A DNA stretch of 64,000 nt from Octopus vulgaris (lineage: Eukaryota), in NCBI GenBank assembly GCA_951406725.2, contig OX597824.1, positions 74,896,001 to 74,960,000 on the forward strand, written 5' to 3'. The stretch's first letter is position 1, and each line of letters starts with the position of its first letter. Below, one piece after another: positions 13,428-25,963 of this stretch. Position numbers and translations under genes: made by a program. A model generated the notes under the pieces. It did no database searches. It saw only the letters and a program-made list of their open reading frames with translations, and had not been told where the DNA came from.

Positions 13428-13430
13428 TCG

Positions 13431-13468
<38 letters not shown>

Positions 13469-13707
13469 GTCGTCGTCGTCGTCATCATCATCATCATCAT
13501 AGTCACCACCACCGCCGCAGCCGCGCCGCCGCCGCTACCACCGCCACCACCGCCACCACCAGCACCACCAGCACCATCATCATCATCATCACTACCGCCA
13601 TCGTCGTCGTCGTCATCATCATCATCATCATCACCACCACCACTGACATCGTGGCCACCACCGTAACCACCACCGCCACCACCACCACTACCGCCACCAC
13701 CACCGCC

Positions 13708-13741
<34 letters not shown>

Positions 13742-13937
13742 CTACCGCCATCGTCGTCGTCGTCGTCGTCATCATCATCATCATCATCACCACCACCACC
13801 ACTGACATCGTGGCCACCACCGTAACCACCACCACAACCACAACCACCGCCATCACCACTATCACCATCGCCATCGCCATCGCCATCGCCATCCTCATCG
13901 CCACCACACCAACAACACCATCACCCTCACCACCTTT

Positions 13938-13971
<34 letters not shown>

Positions 13972-14126
13972 ACAACAACAACAACAACAACAGCAACAAC
14001 AACAATAATGTTTATTTATATTTATTTTGAAAGTAATTAATGCCCGTCTAGACTTAAAAAACATCCTTAGGAAATTGTGTTTCTCAAGAGATTGATCGAT
14101 ATTGAAATTATCGCTGTTGTTATTGC

Positions 14127-14184
<58 letters not shown>

Positions 14185-14796
14185 GCTGTTGTTGTTATTG
14201 CTCTTTTTGTTGTTGTTGTTCTAGTTGTTAGTATTATGTCCTTATTTACTGGTGCTGCTGTTGTTATTGTTGTTGTTGTTCTTGTTGTAATTGTTTATTG
14301 TTGTTATTGTCGTTTTTGATCTTATTGTTGCAGATCCTATTGTTGTAGATGTTATTGATGTCGCTGCTGCTGCTGCCGCTGCTGCTGCCGCTGCTGCTGC
14401 CGCTGCTGCTGCCGCTGCTGCTGCCGCTGCTGCTGCCGCTGCTGCTGCTACCACTGCTGCTGCTGCCGCTGCTGCTGCTGATATCATGGAGGTTGTTATT
14501 GTTGTTCTGATTGTTGTTTCTGCCGCAGCCGCTGTTGCAGCTGCTGCCGCCACTATTGCTGTAACTGTCTGCCGACCAACCACCACCGCCGCCGCCGCCA
14601 CCACCGCAACCGCCACCGCCACCGCCACCACCGCCACCGCCACCACCGCCACCGCCACCACCGCAACCGCCACCGCAGCCGCCGTCACCACCGCAGCCGC
14701 CGTCACCACCGCAGCCGCCGTCACCACCGCAGCCGCCGTCACCACCGCAGCCGCCGTCACCACCACCACCGCCATCACCACCACCACCGCCGCCAC

Positions 14797-14827
<31 letters not shown>

Positions 14828-14881
14828 ACCCCCACTGCCGCCTCCACCCCCATCCCCACCGCCGCCGCCACCACCACCACT
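13346..14881. repeat. Compound trinucleotide array (CAT, CGT, CAC, CCG, GTT, GCT)
   Basis: Directly visible, with higher-order 12 and 18 bp units and an internal duplication of more than 100 bp. Confidence 0.95.
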
Positions 14882-14980
14882 CTATAATTTTTGTTACCAC
14901 GATCATTGCCGTTGGCCTTGCAGCTCCTGCTTTTGTTTATGTTGTTGTAGCTGTTGCTGCAGTTATTGCAATCAATCCCG

Positions 14981-15433
14981 ATTGTTTGTTACGCCTGTAG
15001 TTTGTTTATGTTTGTTACAAGTTGCCGGGAGTTGGGAGGCGCGGTGCGGATAGACATAGCAACAGTTAAGCTTTCCTGCAAGTCTAGATCGCGGAGCGCT
15101 GCACTTTCAATCCTCGCAAAAAGTCAATGTTTGCTTTTTGTTTAAGGTGACAATCATACAATAACAGTGTGTATGTTGTTTGTTCAGATTATACATGCAT
15201 ACGCAAATGTGTATGAATGTATAAGTATAACATATATATATATATATACTGTAACCATTCAACGCGGTACTCCAGCATGGTCGCACGAAAATGCCTGAAA
15301 CAAGTAAAAATATAAAAAGAATGTAGCCATGAAACGTACGTAGTTTTTTTTACTTATTAGATATTGATTATTCATTTTTATACTTTTTGAGATCTAGTTA
15401 GATCTCTAATTTGTATTATATATATATATATAT
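14981..15433 (+). repeat. Direct duplicate of 11453-11952 (probable source copy)
   Basis: Sequence identity; this copy continues leftwards into non-(TA) sequence. Confidence 0.9.
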
Positions 15434-15492
15434 ACACATATTTATTCTTTTACTTGTTTCAGGCATTTGAGAGCGGCCATAATTAAAATATA

Positions 15493-15527
15493 ATATCATG
15501 AACAGCGATAGCGAAATCGGTCGATAT
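15493..15527 (+). ncRNA. Hammerhead-like motif, atypical core AUGAACA
   Basis: atatc ATGAACA gc gata gc GAAAT cg GTC gatat; 5 bp stem I and the same compact layout as the HHR at 24091. Confidence 0.5.
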
Positions 15528-15635
15528 ATTAAAAATTATATTAAAACTATGTAAAGAGTGCGTTTTTTCCTTTTTTAATTTCTTATATATATATTTATAT
15601 ATATATATTGTCCAATTTTGTATTTTATTTTATAT

Positions 15636-15721
<86 letters not shown>

Positions 15722-16072
15722 CACACACACGGGTGTGTATGATTTTTGAGAAGAAAATATTAATCAAAGGAATTCCAACTTGAATTTTCATGTTTTATTT
15801 ACAATCTTATAATAATATAGTATAAGATAATATAATATAATGAAATGATAGAATATCAAATGTTCAATCCGGTTAAACTAGTACTTTCATGCATTAAACT
15901 ATGCAATCTTCAGGTTGATATAGTAGTGGTGAAACTTATGTTTTACAATTCACAACAGTAGTGACATGGCTAAAATGTGTGCATTAAATACATTTGTATA
16001 GACTCCAAAGTGTTAAGTTTTGCAAACTGTATTCTGACGAATTAGTGCGTTTACTTAAGTTGATTGGTGTTT

Positions 16073-16137
<65 letters not shown>

Positions 16138-16740
16138 ATATATATACACACAATGTGTTGTGAATTTATGGAAAGAAATCCCATAAAGCAAAACAATTCA
16201 GTTAAAAACGGAGAAGAGAAGTTGTTAAAATATATAAGAGTATTCTAATTCATGCAGACGATCGTTTCATACAGAGATATAACAATAATTCAAATTTATG
16301 ATTGAATTGAATTAAATAAAATAAATTAATTATATATCAATGTACACTTCAGTCCAAGAAGTATAAACAAATTTTTTACAAAGAACTTGAGGAAGGTAAT
16401 AGCAGAATAGAATCTAGGAGATTCATATTTATCCTTATGAGAAAAAGAGAGATGTGAGTCCAGTAAGGTATTAACTGTAACTAAAGGCTATAACGGTTAA
16501 TTGAAAATATAAGTAAAAGAGATTTCAGAGAGTAAGGAGATTAGAAATTTTAGCTCCAAATAAATCGCATAGGGCAAAAATTGTACAGAAATGTCCAATG
16601 GAAAGGCATGGCTATATTTGAATTAAGTTATAACCTGACAGTTAAAAACATTACTTAGTGTGGTGTATATCTAAAGCAAAATTTAATACATGAGAATGAA
16701 GTTAATCTACAGGAGATAATGCATAAAGATAGTGTACTTA

Positions 16741-16807
<67 letters not shown>

Positions 16808-16820
16808 TTGTATGTATGTA

Positions 16821-16878
<58 letters not shown>

Positions 16879-16957
16879 ATAAGAGTAGCTCGTATACGAG
16901 TGGGTATATATTTGTAAAAAATGAAGTTTGAAAATGCCGCTATATTAGATAAATTTT

Positions 16958-17004
16958 AATTTTACATGTTTCGGTTCTTGAAATAACGAACCTTATCAAA
17001 AAAA
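16958..17004 (-). ncRNA. Hammerhead ribozyme, U3:A8 core (mirror copy)
   Basis: Reverse complement of 17145-17193. Confidence 0.7.
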
Positions 17005-17144
17005 TTTTTTTATATAATAAAGAGAGTCCATGCTATATGCTTAAAGAGTATGATGGAACAGTTCATAATTGTGACATACATTCAATAGAGTCAAATGTAA
17101 AAAATCCATGTTCTTGAAAAGGCGAGGAGTTATTATATAAAAAA

Positions 17145-17193
17145 AATTTTTTTGATAAGGTTCGTTATTTCAAGAACCGAAACATGTAAAATT
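17145..17193 (+). ncRNA. Hammerhead ribozyme, U3:A8 core
   Basis: ttt TTGATAA ggttc gttatttcaa gaacc GAAAC at GTA aaa; palindromic acatgt stem III. Confidence 0.7.
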
Positions 17194-17726
17194 AAAATTT
17201 ATCTAATATAGCGGCATTTTCAAACTTCATTTTTTACAAATATATATATATAAAACAAACTTTGGTTGTAGAACATATAACAAATTTAAGGTCATCCACT
17301 TAACATATCACATCTTGAACATTTAATCTCATATAAAGAAACATAATGCTTTTTCTTATACATAGAATACTGATACACAAAATCACAGATGAAACAATAT
17401 TTCATTTAGACCAGTATATATATAAAAAAAAGTGAGTACAGTCTATCGCAATATAAAAAATTTTTAAATCAAAACTTCAGCGTCTAAAAAAATTTTCTAA
17501 CATTATAAAACCCAGAATAATAAATATATAAAAATATGAAAATACGTATGTATAAAAACATACAAATACATAAGATATAGATAAAAGTTCATCGATTAAT
17601 AATTTTTTACGATTAAAAGTTACTTTTTAAGATAAAGGGAAACCTTTTAAGAAAAGCCGGTGTCCAAGCAAAAAAAAAAAAAATTATAGACTAGTTTATC
17701 CAATAGTCTGCTAGGGGGCGACCCCC

Positions 17727-17946
17727 TTAACCCTTTAGTGTTCAGATTATTCAATCAAACATAATGCTTATTGATTCCCATTGATTTGAATTAATCATGC
17801 ATTATCTCATATCTTCAAGATCTTGATGGTGTAATTACTTAATGTAGAATAACATTGTAGGGTAGGTGTGAAAGCCTGGATCTGGTCATTTTGAGCATAA
17901 AACAAATTAAATATTTTGGCCGGATATGGCCGGTTTAAATACTAAA
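17727..17946. mobile_element. Possible piggyBac-like MITE, right end truncated
   Basis: Begins TTAA-ccctttagtgttc and ends ...aatactaaa, a partial inverse; right CCC/TTAA end absent. Confidence 0.4.
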
Positions 17947-18520
17947 TACTATCAGCTTGTTTTAAGTTTTCCCTTACTAAACCTCATGATATTGCTTATA
18001 ATAAATCTTGATTTTTTTATGACTATACCAACTAGAATGTTTGTCTACTCTCTCAGCCCTACGCCTAACTGATACTGCCCTCTTTTCTGTCAGCCTTAGA
18101 TATACAAGGGATTTGATAAGCTAGTCTATAAATTAAAACTGACCCCATAAAGACAAAAAATCAGTGACAGGCAGAGTCTTCTGGATAACTTTGGCAACTT
18201 CTATGCTGAAGTAGAGACAACATGTTCTTTGTCAATCTCCTTAACTTCTTGGAGATTTTAGGTATAATTATACTAATGTGTCCATCTGTTCTTATTTAAT
18301 TAGATTGTATGTCTTTGTACAGCTGAAAATTGCTCTACATTTTAAATTGATGTAATAATTGCATTGTCAATTAAATGGAGTTACATGAAACGATCGTACT
18401 GCACTACCTCTGGATATCCTTGTTGCTTATTTTGATTTTAATCACCTTACTTTGAAATTGTATGGACTTTACCGTACTAAATTCTGGTGTCTCAACTTAA
18501 GTACCATATTCATCTGAATC

Positions 18521-18581
<61 letters not shown>

Positions 18582-18592
18582 TTTTACTAAAT

Positions 18593-18745
<153 letters not shown>

Positions 18746-19636
18746 TAGGCATAGTGAGACTAATAACTTGATGTAGAATTCAATATGCGTATGTTTCAGA
18801 ACGGAGTGTTTTCCGAGTATAGAGCCGTAAGAGAGATGAGAAAGGAATAAATGATTATCTTATCAACTTCATTAGTTTACTGTTGTTTCTGCAATAAAAT
18901 GCAATGGTCTAATTGTTGAGTGTCTGAATAACACATTATAGCTTCATCGGAGCCTCGAATATGAAGTGCAATTTATTTGGGAAGGAATTACATTTGTGTC
19001 TATATAAGGAACTGCACCTTCTTTATAAGATAAAATATTTACAGTTAATGGTAAATAAATTAGAATTGAAGATTTGCATATTATTTCGTCTGAGAGAAAA
19101 ATTATTGAAGTACTGTCAGGTCACCGAATACTAGGTTTCAGGATTCAATTGTCTTAAATTTTTCCGCATATGTTTTTTTTATTATTACTTTAGCTTTATT
19201 TCGGCCTTACAATGGAAAGCGAATAAAAAAAAGCAATAAATTTTGTTTGTTTAAATGACAGAATATAAAGAAGACTCTGCAAGTGAGAGGTGTGAATTGT
19301 TTCTACATACCATTGTAATTAGATATGTTTCGTTAAAATTGTGCCGGTGAGAATATGTAATTAAGAAGTCTCCGTAATTAATGTTTAACAGTAGGCTGGC
19401 AGGTAAGGTGTGAATTGGGAAAAAAATAAAATGAAGAGAACTCATCTGAAAGAATTAATTACAATTAGTTTTCAATTTTAATTATCTTCAGGCTTGTAGT
19501 TTGGTAAAGTCGGTAGAACGAGAAACAAAATGTAATTCTTTGCGATATTTAGTTGCTAACCTTAGTTTTATTAGTTCAATTCCTGCCAAGATCAACATAG
19601 GCATAAATCTTGCCGGGGTTGGTGAAATAAAATACC

Positions 19637-20585
19637 TATTTCTTTACTACCCACAAGGGGCTAAACTCAGAGAGGACAAACAAGGACAGACAAAGGGATT
19701 AAGTCGATTACTGGTACTATATTCATCGACCCCGAAAAGATGAAAAGCAAAGTCGACCTCGGCGGAATTTGAACTCAGAACGTAGCGGCAGACGAAGTAC
19801 CTATTTCTTTACTACTTACAAGGGGCTAAACTCAAAGGAGATAAACAAGGATAGACAGACGGATGAAGTCGATTATATCGACCCCAGTGCGTAACTGGTA
19901 CTTAATTTATCGACCCGAAAGGGTGAAAGGCAAAGTCGACCTCGGCGGAATTTGAACTTAGAACGTAACGGCAGACGAAATACCTATTTCTTTATTACCC
20001 ACAAGGGGCTAAACACAGAGGGGACAAACAAGGACAGACATAGGTATTAAGTCGATTACATCGACCCCAGTGCGTAACTGGTACTTAATTTATCGACCCT
20101 GAAAGGGTGAAAGGGAAAGTCGACCTCGGCGGAATTTGAACTCAGAACGTAGCGGCAGACGAAATACCTATTTCTTTACTACCCACAAGGGGCCAAACAC
20201 AGAGGGGACAAACAAGGACAGACATAGGTATTAAGTCGATTACATCGACCCCAGTGCGTAACTGGTACTTAATTTATCGACCCTGAAAGGGTGAAAGGCA
20301 AAGTCGACCTCGGCAGAATTTGAACTCAGAACGTAGCGGCAGACGAAGTACCTATTTCTTTATTAGTCACAAAGGGCTAAACACAGAGGAGACAAACAAG
20401 GACAGACAGACGGATGAAGTCGATTATATCGACCCCAGTGCGTAACTGGTACTTAATTTATCGACCCCGAAAGGGTGAAAGGCAAAGTCGACCTCGGCGG
20501 AATTTGAACTTAGAACGTAACGGCAGACGAAATACCGCTAAGCATTTCGCCTGGCGTGCTAACGTTTCTGCCAGCTCGCCGCCTT
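19637..20585 (-). mobile_element. SINE family B with five tandem body units
   Basis: One head at about 20530-20585 plus five 165-184 bp units; flanked by the direct repeat aaataaaatacc. Confidence 0.92.
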
Positions 20586-20852
20586 ATAAAATAAAATACC
20601 ACTTGATGCAATCCACTACATCTTATCGCTAAAATTCGAGGCCTTAGTCTTTGTAAGAAATTAATTCTCTTCAAGTAGGTGGATTGCAACATTGATACAA
20701 ACGTCAAACTAAATACCTTGGGTTATTCAAGATGTGTTTCAATATGTTCACATTCTCGTTGGGTTCAAATTCATCTTCTCTTTTGTCTCTATTGAACCGC
20801 GTGGTTATGTATGAATACGGAGGACAAAATACTCAATAATGTGATTACCAAT

Positions 20853-21103
20853 TTAAAAAAATAATAAATGTGCCCTTTTAAAGCCTAGCCAGGTTTCCCG
20901 GTTTCAATGGTGTATGTATTCCCCAGCTGGACGGGACGCTAGTCCATCGCAGCGTTACTCAGTTTTGCCAGCTGAGTGGACGGGAGCAACGTGAAATGAA
21001 GTGTTTTGCTCAAGAACACAACGCGTCGCCCGGTCCAGGAATCGAAACCACAATCTTACGATCATGGTACTGGCACACTAACCATTAAGCCACGTGCCTC
21101 CAC
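20853..21103 (-). mobile_element. SINE family D
   Basis: Reverse complement of 1076-1333; TSD tgattaccaatt. Confidence 0.92.
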
Positions 21104-21255
21104 ATATGATTACCAATTACGATTCATTTACTAAGATCAATATAATCAATAACGTATTTATGATCCACCTACTAGAGTTAATATAATTAATTGCACTCTT
21201 TTATAAAGTTTGTGGGTTTGCATCAAAGGTTGAAATTTATCTTTTATTACTTTCC

Positions 21256-21655
<400 letters not shown>

Positions 21656-22102
21656 TGAGAGAGTTGGTGTGTGAAAGCACGTGGGTGAATATATAGAAAA
21701 TAGTAAAAAGTGAAAAAACTACAGAAGGTTTGTTTTAAAAGGTTAAAAAATATATATTTGAGTCATTATGTCAGAAGAATGTTATAAATTTTTTCATACA
21801 ATGAAATCAAGGATAATATAACAGAATTTTGCAGAAAATTAAGACTAGCAGAAGCATCAACCAGTTTCAATGCTGAAGATGAATCACTAGTCAAGAACAA
21901 AAGTGAACACATCCCCCACAGAGGAAGAAATAAAGATCTTGACGAATTCTGCAGCCACATTGAGAACTTTCCCTACCATACTATACATAAACAGACAGTT
22001 AACTCAAATTTTAACACTACACAATGGAAGGAACTGATAGAACTTCAAAATTATGAAGATATAACCATTAAGGAAGCAGACAAGGGAAGTGCAGTTGTAA
22101 TA

Positions 22103-23998
22103 ATGGATACATCATACTATAGAAATCTTGTAATTTCCTTGCTTGATGACAATCAACATTATGAAAAAATCACCAACTACACCCCGCAAAAAATAATGAA
22201 AACTCTATCTTCACTAATTAAAACCCATGAAAAGGAACTAACAACCAAAGAGATTGACTTTCTAACAAACTTTAAATGCAAACCTAGCCTCTTCTATGGT
22301 CTGCCAAAAATTCATAAAAGCCAAATTATAAATGAAACCATTAAAAAATCACCAAAGACATACATACACACACCTAACCCGGGGGACCTAAAACTACGAC
22401 CCATTGTAGCTGGTCCAACCTGTGAAACACACAGATTAAGTCTATTTATGGACATCCTCCTGAAACCCTTCCTTAAACATATCGATAGCCATATCAGAGA
22501 TGACTTAGATATGTTAAACCACCTTCCAAAAAAAGCCAAGGAAGAAACAATCATGGTTTCATTTGATGTAGTTAACTTATATACCAGTCTACCTCATAAT
22601 TATGGACTAGAGGAAATACAGTTCTGGCTGGACCAATTTCTGGAAGAAATACCAAAAAGGATCAGTAAAGAATTCATTACTAAATCAATTGAATTCATCC
22701 TACATAATAACCACTTCATGTTTGACAATACATTTTACCGTCATAAATCCGGAATTGCTATGGGTACAAGGGCAGCACCAGTCATTGCGAACCTAACAAT
22801 GGGCTACCTGGAAATAATCATTTACCAGGAATCTTTATCAATCTTTGGAAACTCCCTCTCTCAATACATAAAAGAGAATTGGAAACGATTCCTGGACGAT
22901 TGTTTTATACTCTGGAATGAAAACACAGATAAACTCCTAAAATTCAAGAACCTATTGAACAGCATAAACCCAAATATACAGTTCACAATGGAATACAACC
23001 AAAAGGAGCTCCCATTCTTGGATATACTAATTAAAAAAATTAACCTTAAAATAGAAACAGACATTTTTTACAAAGCCACAGACGCCAAACAATACCTACT
23101 TTTTGATTCATGCCACCCAAGACACACTAAAACAAATATCCCCTTCAACCTTGCAAGAAGGATATGCACAATAGTGTCAGAACAAAATACCAGGAACTTT
23201 AGACTACAAGAACTCAAAAACACCCTAATTGACAGACATTGCCCAGCTCAACTCATAGAGGATGGGATCAGACGTGCAACAGAAATCGACATAGAAACTT
23301 TGAGAAAAGTTCAACACAACAACACACCTTCCCCGAAAATACTACCTTACATATCCACATACAACCCCAGAAACAAAGAAGCCTTCACCATCATCACCCA
23401 GAATTTACCAATACTTCATAAGGACCCCAAATTAAAGGAAATTCTAAACATACACAAAATCATTAAAAGCTACAAACAACCTAAATCACTTAAAAAGATT
23501 CTCACAAAGGCAAAATTGTTTTCTGAAATTTACGGATGCAAAAGCAAAAAAAAATGTGGTAGACCGAACTGTGCAACGTGTCCAAACCTGCTAGAAGGAT
23601 CAGAATTCTTCTTCAAAGAGGGACAAAAATTCAAGATCAAATCTAATTTTACTTGTGCCTCTGAAAACATAATTTATGTCATCAGATGCTCGGGCTGCCA
23701 CCAAAACTACGTGGGGTCCACGGGACTATCACTCAGACGAAGATGCACACTGCATCGACAACAGATTGCATTCCCAGAATACAGAATGATACCCTTTCGT
23801 GAGCACATTGAGAAATGCACAAAGCAACTACTACCACAATTTTTAATCTTTCCATTTTACCAATGTGCTATTGGAACACCATCACAAATTAGACTAAACA
23901 AGGAAACATTCTTCATTGAAAAATATAAGCCCAAACTTAACCACTCCAACATTCTTATACAGAGAAACTCACCCCCAAAAAAAGGCAAGACATATTAA
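22103..23998 (+). CDS. PLE reverse transcriptase / GIY-YIG endonuclease (frame open upstream to about 21800)
   Basis: IKEADKG (upstream, in frame), GLPKIHK, RPIV, SFDVVNLYT, GIAMGT, RFLDD, LPFLD, SCHP, Cys linker CGRPNCATC, NIIY...CSGC...YVGST, KETFFI, KPKLN; no stops. Confidence 0.95.
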   Translation: MDTSYYRNLVISLLDDNQHYEKITNYTPQKIMKTLSSLIKTHEKELTTKEIDFLTNFKCKPSLFYGLPKIHKSQIINETIKKSPKTYIHTPNPGDLKLRPIVAGPTCETHRLSLFMDILLKPFLKHIDSHIRDDLDMLNHLPKKAKEETIMVSFDVVNLYTSLPHNYGLEEIQFWLDQFLEEIPKRISKEFITKSIEFILHNNHFMFDNTFYRHKSGIAMGTRAAPVIANLTMGYLEIIIYQESLSIFGNSLSQYIKENWKRFLDDCFILWNENTDKLLKFKNLLNSINPNIQFTMEYNQKELPFLDILIKKINLKIETDIFYKATDAKQYLLFDSCHPRHTKTNIPFNLARRICTIVSEQNTRNFRLQELKNTLIDRHCPAQLIEDGIRRATEIDIETLRKVQHNNTPSPKILPYISTYNPRNKEAFTIITQNLPILHKDPKLKEILNIHKIIKSYKQPKSLKKILTKAKLFSEIYGCKSKKKCGRPNCATCPNLLEGSEFFFKEGQKFKIKSNFTCASENIIYVIRCSGCHQNYVGSTGLSLRRRCTLHRQQIAFPEYRMIPFREHIEKCTKQLLPQFLIFPFYQCAIGTPSQIRLNKETFFIEKYKPKLNHSNILIQRNSPPKKGKTY

Positions 23999-24090
23999 GA
24001 GATTATCTCCCTTACACCGGAAGAAATCACTTATTACCTCCCCTTACATGGAACTCTTCTTTACACTTCTCAACGAAATCATAACGATGT

Positions 24091-24130
24091 AAGAAATTTG
24101 AAAAGCTGAACGCGAAACCGGTCATTTCTT
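24091..24130 (+). ncRNA. Hammerhead ribozyme in the PLE 3' UTR, U3:A8 core
   Basis: aagaaat TTGAAAA gc tgaac gc GAAAC cg GTC atttctt; perfect 7 bp stem I, palindromic accggt stem III, GUC cleavage triplet. Confidence 0.8.
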
Positions 24131-24246
24131 CAAAAATTATGTCATTGTATGAAAAAAATTTATAACATTCTTCTGACATAATGACTCAAATATATATTTT
24201 TTAACCTTTTAAAACAAACCTTCTGTAGTTTTTTCACATTTTACTA

Positions 24247-24410
24247 TAGCTTGCTTACCAACCGCATGGTTCCAGGTTCAGTCCCACTGCGTGGCACCTT
24301 GGGCAAGTGTCTTCTACTATAACCTCGGGTCGACCAAAGCCTTGTGAGCGGATTTGGTAGACGGAAACTGAAAGAAGCCTGTCATATATATGTGTGTATG
24401 TATGTATGTA

Positions 24411-24455
<45 letters not shown>
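24247..24455 (+). mobile_element. SINE family A, 5' half
   Basis: tagcttgcttaccaacc...gaaagaagcctgtc then microsatellite. Confidence 0.9.
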
Positions 24456-24459
<4 letters not shown>

Positions 24460-25397
24460 TCTTTGAGAAAATAAGTGTGTTATATTTGTTACGTGTGAAC
24501 CTAACCTACGTGATCTTATTTATATTCAAATCCTTATAAGAAAATTTAGGAAGTTGTACCGTTTACGTCAATAAATTAATTTATCTATTCGTTTATTTAT
24601 TAGCACAAAAAGCATTGCGGAAAATGCTTCTGGCTTAAACACCTTACATTAGCTTGGTAGCTAAAAGCATTTCACTCTTAACGATATCGGTATGGAGTGT
24701 ACCAAATATTGTATTGGTTTTCGCATATTATACAAGTTAATTTATAGTACGGTTAAAACAGAACCAAAAACTGCCACAACTCTCAAAATACAGCAACCGA
24801 GCGTCATACATTATTCTGTTTTAATGTTGAGGTCACTTGTTTTGCCTAACTACATACATTTGTCACTCTCACTCCATAATTTATTATTTAAGTGTAAAGA
24901 GAGTAAGTCGCAAGAGAATACAGCTCTAGCATTTTGTGTGCAAAAACTCAAATTGGCAGACTTAATTCATTGAAGGCATGAATATATATAAATATATTAT
25001 GAAACGAACAAAAACAAAAACAAAAACATAGCATTAAGTGGTTATTATGGCAACCACAATTTATGTATGATATATATATAAAAAAAAAAAGAAATACTGT
25101 GAAGTGGTGCAGCGTGTAGCCTAGTGGTTAGGGTGTCCGGTTTAAGATCATAAGAGAGAAGGTTTAATTTCTGGACCAGGCGACATGTTGTTTCCTTGAG
25201 CTACGTACCTTATTTCGGGTGTATGTTGACAAGTCGGGTGCTGTTGTAGCTCTTTCCCCCTGCAGCTGTCACGTCCAGGATGTGCTGAGAGGGTGTATAT
25301 ATCTGCTCGCGACTATATAGGTGTTTTAAATATTTAGCGAAAGCCACTCGCACTGCCAAAGCCACTGACAAGGCTTTGGTCGGCCCGGGCTATAGTA

Positions 25398-25963
25398 TTG
25401 GGTTGTCCGGAAAGTTCGTGCCGATTTATAGTAGCTTACATTTCGACTTATTTTACAACATGGTTGAGTCCATAAAATAGGATTTGACTACACCTCCGTT
25501 TGGAGCACAGTTTAAGCTATCTTTTCGTGGAAGAAGGTTTATGTTCCTATAACCTGTGTTAATTCTGTAACCCTTTAAAATGGAAGATAAGAAAGTTCAT
25601 TTTCGGCACTTGATGATTTGGGAACCAGACAAAAATTATTGCAGTTTGGCTGGGATGTGTTACCTCACCCTCCATATTCACCAGATATTGCTCCTTCAGA
25701 TTTTCACTTATTCAGGTCTCTGCAGAATAGTCTTAATGGTAAAAATTTCAATTCTTTAGATGACGTAAAAAGATACCTTGATGAAATCTTTGCTATGAAA
25801 CCACCACAATTCTGGGAAGAGGGTATTTTCAAGTTGAAGGAAAGATGGAGACGCATTGTGCAACAAAAGGGTTCATATCTGGTTGATTAAAAATGTAATG
25901 GCAAGTATTTATTGACCTTTTTCTTTCCTTTAAAAATCGGCACGAACTTTCCGGACAACCCAA
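25398..25963 (+). mobile_element. Internally deleted mariner inserted in a SINE A fragment
   Basis: Matching ~30 bp ITRs ttgggttgtccggaaagttcgtgccgattt, TA TSD; start MEDKKVHFRH joined to WDVLPHPPYSPDIAPSDFHLF. Confidence 0.95.

Larger units (their letters stand above)
16905..17246. mobile_element. Inverted-repeat insertion (PLE terminal-repeat type) with an outward-facing HHR in each arm
   Basis: Arms 16905-17020 and 17130-17246 are reverse complements around a ~110 bp spacer; (TA)n outside. Confidence 0.85.
21654..24247 (+). mobile_element. Penelope-like retroelement (Neptune-type), 5'-truncated, with an inverted terminal copy
   Basis: RT plus GIY-YIG ORF; 21700-21804 is the reverse complement of 24142-24247; left end abuts (TA)n; right end runs into a SINE. 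Confidence 0.95.

Noticed and set aside
14291-14887. Ala/Thr-rich ORF resembling an antifreeze glycoprotein or mucin
   Set aside because: It lies wholly within a trinucleotide array that is open on both strands; no ATG start, signal peptide or splice support.
15127-15152. Possible first coding exon ATGTTTGCTTTTTGTTTAAG|gtgaca
   Set aside because: Weak donor, very short, duplicated at about 11601, and no downstream exon found.
19637-20585. CRISPR-like regular array
   Set aside because: Units are whole SINE bodies with no unique spacers, in eukaryotic context.
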